Shown here: in pieces, positions 1 to 11,779 of the stretch | Position numbering within the stretch: the first letter of the stretch is position 1 | Layout of the letters: each line of letters starts with the position of its first letter | Source of the DNA: Camelus ferus | Taxonomy: Eukaryota | Direction of reading: 5' to 3' | Assembly (NCBI RefSeq): GCF_009834535.1 | Contig: NC_045713.1 | Span: 7,564,001 to 7,628,000, forward strand | DNA length: 64,000 nt | Program-made: the position numbers and the translations under genes | Notes under the pieces: generated by a model | What the model was told of the DNA's origin: nothing | Database searches by the model: none | What the model saw: only the letters and a program-made list of their open reading frames with translations

Positions 1-341
1 TAAAGCACAGAAGCAGGTGAAACTAATCTGTTGCTTGAAGACAGGCTAATGCTTCGGGCTGGGAGAGAATGACTGCTGTGGAGCCCAAGGTGGAGGGGCT
101 TCTGGGGGCTGGTAGTGTTTGGTTTACTGATCTGGAAGCTGCTTACATGGGTATGTTTAGTTTGTCAAAAGTTGATTTAATTTGCTTATATTGTAAATTG
201 TACTTCACTAAAAATTTTTTTAAACCTGAGGGGTCCAGTGAGACGATGAATGAGGCACTTCCAAATATCAAGAACTTAAAATGCCCATATGCTTTAACTT
301 CAGTACTTTACAAAAATTATAATTATTTGCTATTTCTTCAG

Positions 342-467
342 GAGTTGCTGTCCTTTGAGGAAGTGGCTGTGTATTTCACCAGAGGGAAGTAGAAAGACTG
401 GAACTTGATTCAGAAGAATATCTACAAAGATGTGATGCTGGGAAACTAGGGAAACAGAACTTGCTGG
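342..467 (+). pseudogene. Degenerate KRAB-A box exon, resembling the ZNF789 KRAB
   Basis: Acceptor tttcttcag and donor GTAAGG. Translates ELLSFEEVAVYFTRGK*KDWNLIQKNIYKDVMLGN*GN with two in-frame TAG stops. 126 bp versus the canonical 127 bp KRAB-A exon. Confidence 0.8.
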
Positions 468-607
468 GTAAGGGCCCTCTATCCGTACAATTCGGCCTTG
501 TTTGTGTGTGTCTGGATACCTATTTAAATTTTTATTTAGATAGGTAGCTACATGTACATTTATACTTCTAAATATACATATGTAAATTTTCAAGGCCTTT
601 GTATATG

Positions 608-654
608 AATGTCCACAATCCCTTTTTTTCAATTTCATATTTTAAAAAAGCTCT
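608..654. mobile_element. Left end of a MER46C-like TcMar-Tigger MITE interrupted by L1
   Basis: gtccacaatccctt...aaaaagctct matches the recalled MER46C terminus. The remainder lies at 2925-3141. Confidence 0.55.
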
Positions 655-1231
655 TTCATCTCCTTAGGTAGGTTTATTCCTCGGTATTTTATTCTTTTTG
701 ATGTGATGGTAAATGGGATTGTTTCCATAATTTCTCTTTCTGATACTTCACTATTAGTGTATAGAAATGCAGATTTCTGTATACTAATTTTGTGTCCTGC
801 AACTTTACCAAATTCATTGATGAGCTCTAGTAGTTTTCTGGTGGCACCTTTAGGATTTTCTATGTATGGTGTCATGTCATCTGCAAACAGTGACAGTCTT
901 CCTTCTTCCTTTCCAATTTAGATTCCTTTTCTTTCTTTTTCTTCTCTGATTGCTCTGGGTAGGACTTCCAGAACTATGTTGAATAAAGTGGCGAGAGTGG
1001 GCATCCTTGTCTCATTCCTGATCTTGGAGGAAGCGCTTCAGCTTCTCTCCATCGAGTGCGATGTTAGCTGTGGGTTTGTCATATGTGTTCTTTATTATGT
1101 TGAGGTATGTTCCCTCTCTGCCTGCTTTCTGGGTGGTTTTTATCAGAAATGGATGTTGAATTTTATTGAAAGCTTTTTCTGAATCTATTGAGATGATCAT
1201 ATGGTTTTTATTCTTCAGTTAATGTGGTGTA
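652..1231 (-). mobile_element. L1 ORF2 RT fragment; inverted 5' part of a twin-primed L1
   Basis: Minus-strand ORFs [18 protein letters not shown] and YIENPKGATRKLLELINEFGKVAGHKISIQKS...GINLPKEMK are L1 ORF2 peptides. Confidence 0.92.
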
Positions 1232-1249
1232 CCTTCAACTTGTTAACGT

Positions 1250-2924
1250 ACCTATACTTAGAAAACTGTAAGACACTGATAAAAGAAATTGAAGACGACA
1301 TAAAAAGATGGAAGGTTATANNNNNNNNNNNNNNNNNNNNNNNNNNNNNNNNNNNNNNNNNNNNNNNNNNNNNNNNNNNNNNNNNNNNNNNNNNNNNNNN
1401 NNNNNNNNNNNNNNNNNNNNNNNNNNNNNNNNNNNNNNNNNNNNNNNNTAAAATTTGTAGGAGATCACAAAAGACTTCGAGTAGCCAAAACAATCTTGAG
1501 GAAGAACAGAGCTGGAGGAATCACACTTCCTGACTTCAGACAATATTACAAAGCTACAGTCAAAACAGAAACAGTATAGTACTGGCACAAGAACAGACCC
1601 ATAGCTCAATGGAACAGGATAGAAAATGCAAAAAATAAGCCCACATGCTTATGGTCAATTAATCTACAACAAAGAAGGCAAGAATATACAGTGGAGAAAA
1701 GACTCTCTTCAATAAGTGGTACTGGGAAAACTGGACAGCTACATGTAAAAGAATGAAATTAGAACATTCTATAACACCATATACAAAAATAAACTCAAAA
1801 TGGATTAAAGATCTAAATGTAAGACCAGATACTATAAAACTCCTAGAGGAAAACATAGGCAGAACACTCTTTGACATAAATCACAACAGCAGTATTTTTT
1901 GGATCCATCTCCTAAAGTAAAGGAAATAAGAGCAAAAATAAACAAATGGAACCTAATTAAACTTAAAAGATTTTGCACAGCAAAGGAAACTATTGACAAA
2001 ACAAAAAGACAATCTACTGAATAGGAGAAAATATTTGCAAATGATATGACTGATAAGGGATTAATATCCAACATATATAAACAGCTCATGTAACTCCACA
2101 TACAAAAAACCAAACAACCTGATTTAAAAATGGGCAGAAGAACTGGATAGACATTTTTTTCAAAGNNNNNNNNNNNNNNNNNNNNNNNNNNNNNNNNNNN
2201 NNNNNNNNNNNNNNNNNNNNNNNNNNNNNNNNNNNNNNNNNNNNNNNNNNNNNNNNNNNNNNNNNNNNNNNNNNNNNNNNNNNNNNNNNNNNNNNNNNNN
2301 NNNNNNNNNNNNNNNNNNNNNNNNNNNNNNNNNNNNNNNNNNNNNNNNNNNNNNNNNNNNNNNNNNNNNNNNNNNNNNNNNNNNNNNNNNNNNNNNNNNN
2401 CTACCATACAACCTAACAATTCCAGTCCTGGGTATATATCTGAAAAAACCTAAGACATTAATTTGAAAAGATANNNNNNNNNNNNNNNNNNNNNNNNNNN
2501 NNNNNNNNNNNNNNNNNNNNNNNNNNNNNNNNNNNNNNNNNNNNNNNNNNNNNNNNNNNNNNNNNNNNNNNNNNNNNNNNNNNNNNNNNNNNNNNNNNNN
2601 NNNNNNNNNNNNNNNNNNNNNNNNNNNNNNNNNNNNNNNNNNNNNNNNNNNNNNNNNNNNNNNNNNNNNNNNNNNNNNNNNNNNNGACGTACTGTATCAT
2701 TTATATGAGGAATCTAAAAAATACAATACACTAGTGAATATAACAGCAACAAAAAGCAGCAGACTCACAGATACAGAGAACAAACTAGTGGTTACCAGTG
2801 GGGAGGGGGGTTGGGGCAATACAGGGGGACAGTGTGAGGTACAAACTATTGGCTGTAACAGGCTACAGGGATGTGTTGTACAACACAGGAAATAGAGCCA
2901 GTATTTTGTAATAACTGTAAATGG
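1250..2924 (+). mobile_element. L1 ORF2 3' half plus 3' UTR (sense part), containing three N-runs, no poly(A) tail
   Basis: LYLENCKTLIKEIEDDIKRWK followed by typical ORF2 C-terminal DNA (aatggattaaagatctaaatgtaagacc) and a 3' UTR. N-runs at 1321-1448, 2166-2400 and 2474-2685. Confidence 0.9.
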
Positions 2925-3141
2925 AGACTATTTATGGTGAAATAAAGACTATTTATCCCCAGTACATATTCACATATTCACACATTTTGTTCCAGAAATA
3001 TTAACATGCTGAGTTATGGTGTACCAGCCCAAATCCCTAAATGATGTTGCATAATATATCTTACTTTTTTAAAAACGGAAAATTTCTGATTTTTGAAACA
3101 TATACTCCCCAAAGCTTTAGATCAAGGATATCCGGCCTTGA
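2925..3141. mobile_element. Right part of the MER46C-like MITE
   Basis: agactatttat...agaaatattaa...aaaatttctga...gatcaaggata resembles the recalled MER46C consensus and the copy at 17125-17485. Confidence 0.55.
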
Positions 3142-3199
3142 GAGGGGCACGTGACAACTCAATGAGGAGCAGCAGCACCACCAGGGGATTGACAGTAAC

Positions 3200-3750
3200 A
3201 ACCCCCCCCCCCAACCCCGCATGCAAGAACCTTGTCAAGAGGAAGCCCTGATAAAGCAAAGGAAAAAAATGGCGGCTTTGTTTCTGATGGCAGCTCTCAG
3301 TTGTATGGAGGAGACCTGATCTGGAAATCAGCAATCTGGCCTGAGGAAGAGTCAATTATAGGCAGTAAACTTAGCTACAGGAGACTAGTCACATGCCCTA
3401 AAGGCTATTCTTAGGCTGTGGCCAAAAGCTAAGCCATATAATCATGCAAGTGGGCCTTGGACAATTTAAAAAAAATCATTAAAAATGGGGAGCCCAGTTA
3501 TAATAAGCCCTTTGCTCACCAAAAGATTCCAGCATGGGTTCTGAGGACAGGATGCCAAGACAGACAGACGCTCTAGTCCAGTCACTCGAAGTGGCAATGT
3601 GACATCTGCACACCAAGATGAATGGTCACAGAGGCCCCCTGTGGCCACATGCTGTGATTATCCAGTCATCCCACATCCATTGTGGCACCTGCTGGGGCGA
3701 TAATGGTTACCACAGACTGTTCAGAATCCTGCCAGAGGGTAAGCATGTGA
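3200..3750 (+). mobile_element. Decayed ERVL/class III pol remnant (RNase H to integrase zinc finger)
   Basis: FVSDGSSQLYGGDLIWKSA resembles ERVL RNase H (FTDGS...KW.AA). NGHRG...HCGTC resembles the integrase HHCC motif. Confidence 0.45.
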
Positions 3751-4188
3751 GAAGCACGGGCTCACCGTTCCTGCCTTGGTGGCCCCCAGTGCACCTGCCA
3801 GATAGATAGCCCTTCCCTGAATCCTCTCTAGTAACTACGGATGCTTGTTACCCCGGGGTCGCTCCCTCTGTTGGGGTTAGTGGGAGGGCACAGACCCCAC
3901 CCCTGTAGTTCCCACCCCGAGGCCCCAGAAGCTTCCCTTTTACCTTGGTGCCATTGCCCTCCAGACCCTGAAGTCCCACGCAGGGCCTAGGGCCTTCCAG
4001 AATAGAGCTCAGAAATTTTAAAAACCAAGGTAGGCTAAGACAATAGATTTAAATGACTTTATAACTTCTCTCCCGGCTCCAGTAAGGTCTTTTATCACTT
4101 TGTTTACAAAAATCTAAATTTACCATTTTGCAGGACACTGTGTTGGGTGCCACAGGAAAATACAAAGAGCAGTAAGATAGTTCCCAAT

Positions 4189-4445
4189 TGTTCTGGACCG
4201 AATTGTGTGTCCCTCACAAAATCCATGCATTGAAGCCCCAACCCGCAGTGTGACTGAATCTGGAGACAGGGCCTTTAAGGAGGTGATTAAGGTCAAATGA
4301 GGTCATGAGGATGGGGTCTTCAGGGATAGGACTGGTATCCTTACAAGAAGAACGGACACCAGGAGTGCATATACACAGAGAAGTCGGCCGTATACAAGCT
4401 GAAGGGCGAGGGCTCGGAGAAACCCACCCTGCGGACACCTCGGGG
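4189..4445 (+). mobile_element. MLT1-type MaLR LTR fragment
   Basis: gaattgtgtgtccctcacaaaatcc...ggagacagggcctttaaggaggtgattaaggtcaaatgaggtcat is characteristic MLT1 sequence. Confidence 0.8.
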
Positions 4446-4493
4446 AAATGCTCCTGTCTTCTCTCCAATGCCTTTCCTAATGATCGCCTCACT

Positions 4494-4810
4494 TAGGTTA
4501 AGCCGAAGCACAAGGCTGCACTGGGAGAGGGGGCGGGAAACGAGGGAGAGGGGCTTCTCCCAACATCCTGCCGGGGACAGCAGCGACGCATCGCGTGTCT
4601 CCTCCACCACCCGCAGCCGGGAACTGCGAGCCGCAGGGATAACGCGGGAAACTGAGGACAAGCGGACGGAACACCGAACCAGCAGGACAAACACAACAAG
4701 TTCCGGAAACGCTACCGGAAGCGCGTCACCGTTCCGCCCCCTCCCCGGGAGCTCACCCCCACCAGTGTTCTCTAGGAATCCAGGAGGTCTCGCGGTCTCG
4801 GTGGTTCCTC
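4494..4810 (-). promoter_or_regulatory. CpG-rich promoter and probable non-coding first exon of a minus-strand gene extending left out of the window
   Basis: CpG-dense. ETS cores TTCCGGAA (4701-4708) and CCGGAAG (4715-4721), a GC box, and a minus-strand donor AA|GTGAGG near 4493. Confidence 0.6.
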
Positions 4811-5849
4811 TACAAATCTAGGGAATTTAATCTCCTCAATCTAGGGAAAAGACCAAGATTCAGAAGCAGCTCCTCACTAATGAGAAGGAAATAAGGAATT
4901 GATGGGGAATCTAACCTGAGTGGAAGGTGCAGGTCACAGGTTTTGAGAACTAGACATGGCATGTTTCTAATTGTTCCTTCTGCAGGGAAAGGATCCGAAG
5001 CTGATGACCAGACTGGTCGTACTCAGATGGCTCTGGTACTTTTGTAAAAACAACAACGAATTTTGATAGCATCTACCACAGGCTTCCTCCCTGCCCCAGT
5101 ACCTAGCATACACGTCTGTAGAATTCAGCCACGTTCTCCGTGCACCTTTACTGATACAATTGGAATGCAAATTCTACTGTTCCGTTCCTTTTTTACCCTT
5201 AGTCCTTTCCAACATTTTAATGTTAAAAAGGATAATGAAGCAGCGTCTTGAGCAAACATATCTTGATCTAACTCGCCCCAAATTGAGCAAAAAAAAAAAA
5301 AAGTTTTGTTTCCGTTTCCTTTTGGAGGATGGATGTGATGACTGAATGGCAGCAAAAACCTTTGCCATCAAATGTTCAAATCATGAAACTCAACTTTTTC
5401 CTGCAATTAGAAGCAATAAGAAAAAGATGTAAGACTACAAATGAGAGTAGTCTTCAGCTCATTAAGAAGTTTCTGACAATCAGTTGTTTTAAAGAAGAGG
5501 CTTTAAAGAGGCTGCTTTGGGAGGCAATAAATTTCCCATCACTGCAAGTGTTTCATGTAGAAACTGAATAATCAAGATGCCACGAAATGTTTTCTCCAGT
5601 TCAACACAGTTACTGTTCCAGGCACATGCCTACAAACTGAATGGGGATTCCTCCATACGTGGGCAGTTGGGTTTTTATGGTCCCACTGAACCTTTTTCAA
5701 CTCTGAGATTCTATTATTGTATGATTTTATCATATCTTGGATCAAAACTTTTTCACACAAACTGACAAGAACAGTTTCATCACTTCTTTAATGTTTGATG
5801 TTTAAATAATATGACATATTATAGTTTGGTGCTGATGAGCTTAGCATTT

Positions 5850-6070
5850 GGAGGCAAAGTGATCTTGGTTTAAATGCTGGTTCTGCCACTTATTGGCTGT
5901 GTGACTTTGGGCGAGTGAATTAACTATTCTGAACCTGTTTTTCCCAACTGTAAAATGAGGGTACTAGAAGTGAAACCACTTCATAATGGGAGGATTAAGT
6001 GAAGTGATCCACACAAAACACTCGGCATGGTGTTTAGAACACGGTTAAGTGCTCAACAGACATTAACACC
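5850..6070 (+). mobile_element. MIR SINE
   Basis: MIR core: gctgtgtgactttgggcgagt...ctgtttttcccaactgtaaaatgagg...gtgctcaaca. Confidence 0.75.
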
Positions 6071-6089
6071 ATGTTTTGCTGAAGCTGTC

Positions 6090-6900
6090 ATTCTCAACTA
6101 TACCCGACCTTTAGCTCTAAGATTCTGTTTGCAGGTGACAAATGTCTTCTTAAAAGCTACCAAGGAGGCCCTCTGATACTCAAACGTTGCATTAAGTTGG
6201 TGGATATTTGTCCTGAGCGTGTCATTTTCTCTCTGCAACTCAGTGGCTTTCAGCAAGAAGCACTCGAGTCCATAATTCTTTTCATTTTGTTCCCCCCAAA
6301 TTACCCAAGTCAGTATATCCCTTTCCACCTATATTCCATCCCAGTTCACCAAAGTGAATGTCTCCTAATCAAGCAGCCACCACACGCCGGGGACTATCAG
6401 TGCTCTGCCCACCACAGTGGTCCTCATTGCCTCTTGGTGAGTGGCCAACTCCACAACTCATTCTTACAAGACCACTCATGGCACCATCTCTTAGATCAGG
6501 CTCCCTAAGGCAAAGCTTGAGCCAGGGATTCAGAGCCACGTTGAGTTGCTGAGGGCATGGAGGGAACGAGACAGGATGGAGAAGGCCAAGAGCCTGAGTG
6601 GAGTCTGATAAAGCCTGTCTGATCAAGTCTAGCCTTGGCCTGATCCACAAACTGCACAGCTTCCCACCCTGAAGCGGGTGATCAGCCCTTGGTACCCCCA
6701 TATCAATCAGTCATGGGCTGGGGGGCGGAGGGCAGCTAACTCCTGGGTGAGGCAGCTCCCACCCACTGAGGGTAATTCTCCAAAGGAGAAGGGGGAGAGT
6801 TGTGAGCACTTGGCAGCCAAAACTCAGAGCAGCTGGGGCACGGAGACACCAGCCTGTAATGGGGGTCTGCACAGGGGACCAGTGTACAACACACACAGTC
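6090..6900 (-). mobile_element. LTR16-like 5' LTR with adjoining ERVL (ERV3-16A3-like) gag N-terminal remnant
   Basis: Minus strand shows an LTR16-like body ending gcctgatctaaga, then a PBS-like gatggtgccatgagtggtc. ORF 6098-6328 (KNYGLECFLLKATELQRENDTLR) resembles ERVL gag. Confidence 0.6.
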
Positions 6901-8109
6901 AAAGTGTTTCTTGGGTGTTTATTGTTAAGCCAGGCAGTCAGCAGAAGCAGGACTTACTTCAGCAGCGCCCAGAAGCCTGTGTCCCTCTCTAGCAAACAGG
7001 CTCAAGTTAACCCTCATCCATGTAATTGTCTTTCCCCCACAATCCCACCCAGACCTTCCCACAAGGCAGGGCTCACCAGACCATAACCTCCTGGCTCCTA
7101 ATTAATGTTTAGTTTCAAATCCAGCTGCAACTCAAATTGAAGCTCATTCTACACGCCATTATCCTATGGGAGAGCTCTATCTCCATGGCAACTGGGAGCT
7201 GGTACATACACTGCTTGGACCATAATTCTTCACTCAGCGTTGTCCAATTCCTTCTATGGATGTAGCTGCCCTCATTCTTGTGGGTAATAAGACTAAAAAC
7301 CAGTCCACAGTTCTTCTCTTCTCTATGCCCCTAAGGTCCCGCTCCCCTCTCCCCAAGAAGTGACTGGCCAACACAGTTTCTCCTGAATTTACAAACTTGA
7401 CTTCTCTTTCTACTAGCTAAACTTGATGCTAGGGAGAATCAAAACAAAACAAAAAGGTAGAGGGTGTTTCACGGAGAAGTTGTAGATTGAATAAGGCAAC
7501 AAGAACACATCCCCGTCCAGCCTCCGAACCTCAACTTTACCAAAACATAAATACCTTAAGTCAGTTTCTTTTTGAAGGGTTTACTACTCAAAGGGAACGG
7601 AGCCTGGAGCATTCTAGTGGCTGGGAGGATCATACCTCGGAGATTCATTGCCGAGGTACCAAAATCAGGATCATGCTGAAGTCCTCTCTTCCTGTCACCA
7701 TGCTCTTCCCTGAATAGATAAACTGTCAAATGAGGCAGAAACTACTAAAGCTTATTTCTACTGCATTCGTGAGGCCTTCCCCAGTGTCAATGTGCTGAGA
7801 CTCACGTGAAGAATGAGTGTCATCTGAAGGTTTCCCTTCACCCCCTGTATCCCTAGCTTCTCTCTTGTCTAGATTCTTAAGCATGAAGATGCTAACGAAA
7901 GCATTTCTCAGTGGGAAGAGCAGCTACCTTTGTTGTGGATTCTCCAGTGTTCCTAAGTTCTAACTGAAGGATTGCAACACATCTGGAGGTTTGATGGTTA
8001 CGTCGGAGAAGATGCTTGAAGTTGCTATTACGTTCATTACAAGGAGTGGGGCTCCTTCTCAGGAAGGCTTCTCTAAGACTGTGTACGAGTGCTTCTACGA
8101 GAGAAACAC

Positions 8110-8304
8110 CTACACACTCAAGGTGTTTATGGGATCTGTCCTCTCATGACTTCTCAGATGTTTAAAGAGGCTACAACTCCAGCTGAAACTCATTCCACAC
8201 TCTTTGCACTGAAAGGGTTTCTCACCAGTGTGGGTTCTCTGATGTTGATTGAGATGTGACTTGAGAGTGAAGCCTCTGCCACACTCGTTACACTGATGGG
8301 ATTT
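8110..8304 (-). CDS. ZKSCAN5: ZKSCAN5 out-of-frame C-terminal segment (last two C2H2 fingers) beyond a +1 frameshift
   Basis: Reads [64 protein letters not shown] without internal stops. Nearly identical to the recalled human C-terminus. Confidence 0.85.
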   Translation of the reverse strand, partial: KSHQCNECGRGFTLKSHLNQHQRTHTGEKPFQCKECGMSFSWSCSLFKHLRSHERTDPINTLSV

Positions 8305-9237
8305 CAGGGTTGGAGCAGCTTTTTGGATGTTGCTTTATGTGGGAACACTGGCCAGCGATTCCTCGACACGTCTCGCACTTGGAGGTTTTCTCTGCGGTGT
8401 GAGCTCTGTAATGCTGAATCAGGTCTGAACTAAAGCGAAAGGCTTTGCCACACACGTCACACTTATAAGGCTGCTCCTGTAACTCCATCTTCTTATCTTC
8501 AATCACGGTTAAGTTCCAACTATACGCTTCCTCACACATGCCGTTTTTTTCATTTTTCTGGCCCACGTGGAGCACCTGATGTTCAATGAGGCTCACGTAC
8601 TGAAAAAAGATCTCCCCACATTCGTGACACTGATGGGATTTCTCTCTCGAGTGGAGCCTCAGATGCCCGGCGAGGTGCGAACGCCTCCCAAAGCCTTTCC
8701 CGCACTCACTGCACTTAAATGGTCTCTCCCCGCTGTGCACGCTCTGATGCTGAACCAAGTGGGACCTCACTCTAAACGCTTTTCCGCACAAGGGACAGGT
8801 GTAGGGCTTCTCCCCGGTGTGGACCCGCTGGTGCTGCGTCAGGTGCACGCGCTGGTTGTAGCTTTTCCCGCACTCGTCGCACCGAAATGGTTTCTCCCCC
8901 GTGTGGATGCGCTGATGCTGAATAAGATGTGCGCTCTGGATAAAGCTTTTCCCACACTCGTTGCATTTATGTGGTCTCTCTCCTGGGGAGGACTTTTTGT
9001 GGACGTACGTGACTTCGTTGAAATTCACCCTCTTTGAAGAGGCTTGTCCTAGTCTCTCTTTCATGGGAATTCCCTGCTTTCTCTCCAACTTGCCCTGCTG
9101 TTCATGGCCTTCTCCAAAATCTTGAACTGGAGGAACACTTCTCTGGATTCTTCCTGTGAGTTCCACGTCTGCCGCTGAAAACTCTGAAATCTTCTTCTTA
9201 ACATTCAGTTTTGTATTTTTACTTCTTTTATCACTGC
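8288..9237 (-). CDS. ZKSCAN5: ZKSCAN5 last coding exon (spacer, 6 intact fingers, 1 degenerate finger); stop as assembled at 8288-8290
   Basis: Acceptor ttttcag|GC at 9237, phase 1. Reads [10 protein letters not shown]...[14 protein letters not shown]...[14 protein letters not shown]. Confidence 0.95.
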
Positions 9238-11021
9238 CTGAAAAAATAAAGAGGAGACACAAAAGTTATCAGTTCTTCTACAGAAGAAAAATGAACTACC
9301 GGGGGAAAAAAGGATAATCAAAAGGAACTATGATGTAACAGGAGTAACGAAGTGGGGGTGCAGGCATGTGCGTGAGGCCAGCAGAAATGAAAAGAATCTT
9401 CTGGGATCTGTCCGGTGACGAGAACAAGACAAAGAAGAGAGGCTTACTTGGGAGGGTGATGAGAAGGGTGGAGGTTAGGCAATCACAGGGAAAAGCCAAA
9501 CAATGATGACACAGGAAGGACAGGAAGGAATTCTGACATGGGAGAGGAGGTAGGAAACGTGGAAGGGTCATTGCCCCAACAGAAGCCCAGCAGACGGAAT
9601 GAGATAGAACAAAGACGCACAACTGGATGGTGAGAACGGACAGAACCCGGAGGAATGGGAAGCAAAGGAGTGTGAAAGGGTGATGGAGTTAGAAGAACAT
9701 CTGAATATGAGCCAGGAAAGATGAGAAATGAGCCAATAAAAACTATTGTCAAGAGGGGATGTGATGCACCAATCTCTGTGCTCTCGTCCCTCAGCCAATG
9801 CCCCAGCTTCCGTCCCTCCCATGGTGCCCAACATTCCTCATCTGGGAACGCCCATCACCTCTCACATCTGTTCCTCCCGTCAGACCACCAGCTCCACACG
9901 GGCATGAACTGTGTCTGCTGTTTCCTGCTGTACCCCAAGCACCCAGCCATGGAGGCTCTCAATAAACATGGTTGGCTGAGCACACAAACTACCCCTCCTT
10001 CAGTCAAAAACATGGGGGAGGCAGGTGAGTGGTGGCTAGGAAACGAGGCCTGAGGACAGTTACTGGGGTGATGTGAAAGAAAAGATCCTATTTAAAAACA
10101 ACTGCTTCCCAGGTCCAGGGTGCTGCTGGATTGGTTTCCCCAATGATGCAGTCGCCAAGTAGAACGAGATGGACCTGGCTGGGGAAACAGCTCAGCTCAG
10201 CTCAGCCCAGAACATTAAAGACACCGTGGGCTTCCTAAGCTTCAATTCCATGTTGGAAGAGGGGGCAGTGGCTGTTGGTGTGAATGACAAGTAGGTGGGC
10301 TTGGGGACATCAAAGGCATAATTTAAAAATAAACACTTTGGGCAGTCTTTGCATTTTCTAAAGAATATTAATAAGAACCTTTAAGTTCACAGCACAGTTT
10401 ATGGTGAGCTCACCGTTATGTAAATCATGTGAGCAGATAAAAAAATAAGGAAACAGGGAAATTACTCAAACTTACTCATCACCAAATTAATGAAAATGAA
10501 CATAGCAAAGAATTCTCTTCTGCTGACTCAATTTGCTAAAAAAATGTTCCGATAACCCCGGAAGAAATGTCGTGCAACTGAAGCTCCCACATGCAGTATA
10601 ACTGTTTTAAAAAGCAATTTGGTGATACATAGCAAGAGCCATAAAAATGTTTTTGGCTTTTCATCCACTAGCCTCGCTTCTGGGCACCTATCATAAGGAA
10701 ATAATCTTAAATACAGAAAAAAGCATAAACACAGCTATCGGGACAAAAGAGGAAAAAATGAGAATTTCAACTGGGGAACAGCTGAGTAGATTATGATGTC
10801 CCCACACAACGCCAGGCTGTCAGAAATAACAAACAGGAGGGCCAAGCAACACCGCAAAACGTGCCTAGTATTTAACTATACACTATGAACACCTCGATAT
10901 AAAAATAGGCTTGTGAAAAAAAGATGGAAATACACTAAAGAATTATAGTTCTATTAGTTAAGGTGGTGGGATTATGAGTGATTTATTTCCCTCCCACTTT
11001 CTTTCCCCCAAACTTCCTGAA

Positions 11022-11244
11022 CAGTTGACCTATGAACAAGACTGGTTTGACCTGTGAGGGTCCACTCAGATGCACGATTTTTTCCAATAAACATGTACTG
11101 CACTCCTACACGGTTCACAGCTGGGTGAATCCAAGGATGTGGAACCGGACACAGAGGGCTGCGGGTAAAGTTACACGTGGTCTGTGGACTGTGGAGCGGG
11201 GTGTCAGTGCCCCGAACCCCTGCGTTCTGCAAGGGTCAACTGTA
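11022..11244. mobile_element. Tigger2-family MITE (MER8/Tigger2a-like)
   Basis: Terminal inverted repeats cagttgacc (11022-11030) and ggtcaactg (11234-11242), followed by TA. Confidence 0.8.
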
Positions 11245-11270
11245 CTATTGTCTCATTTTAAAATAAATGA

Positions 11271-11400
11271 GGCAGGGGATACAGCTCAGTGGTAGAGTGT
11301 GTGCTTAGCAAGCACGAGGTCCTGAGTTCAATCCCCAGTACCTCCATTAAATACATACATAAATAAACCTAATTACCTCCCTCCCTGCCCTGAAATAAAA
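11271..11400 (+). mobile_element. tRNA-Ala-derived SINE (Vic-1-like)
   Basis: A-box tacagctcagtgg, B-box gttcaatcc, tail cctccatt...aaataaacctaattacctccc. Confidence 0.9.
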
Positions 11401-11779
11401 TGAAATGAAATAACTCAATTGGGAAAAGGGGAAAGAAGCATGTAAGAGAGCTCAAATCCTCATTTACTAAACAGAAAGTCAGTAGAGGGTGTCTGAAATT
11501 GATGAGCAGTATTATTTTAAAACATGGAATTACCAGAAGAAACAGGGGACTGCTGAGCCCAGGACCTCTGGGGAAAGGGAAGTGGGGGGTGGCAGGGAGG
11601 GCAGAGCGTTCTGCTGACTAATTTGACGGCTAATTCAAGCACGAGTGATCCCAGACTGTCCATCTCCGCCCCTCCCAACTCCTGCTCCCTGGATCTCAAC
11701 CCGCCTGTCCTAGAGTTCTAAGCCTATAAGGCAACGTCTGCCTCCCTTTCCTCCCCGAAGGCGCGCTCCCGACACCTAC

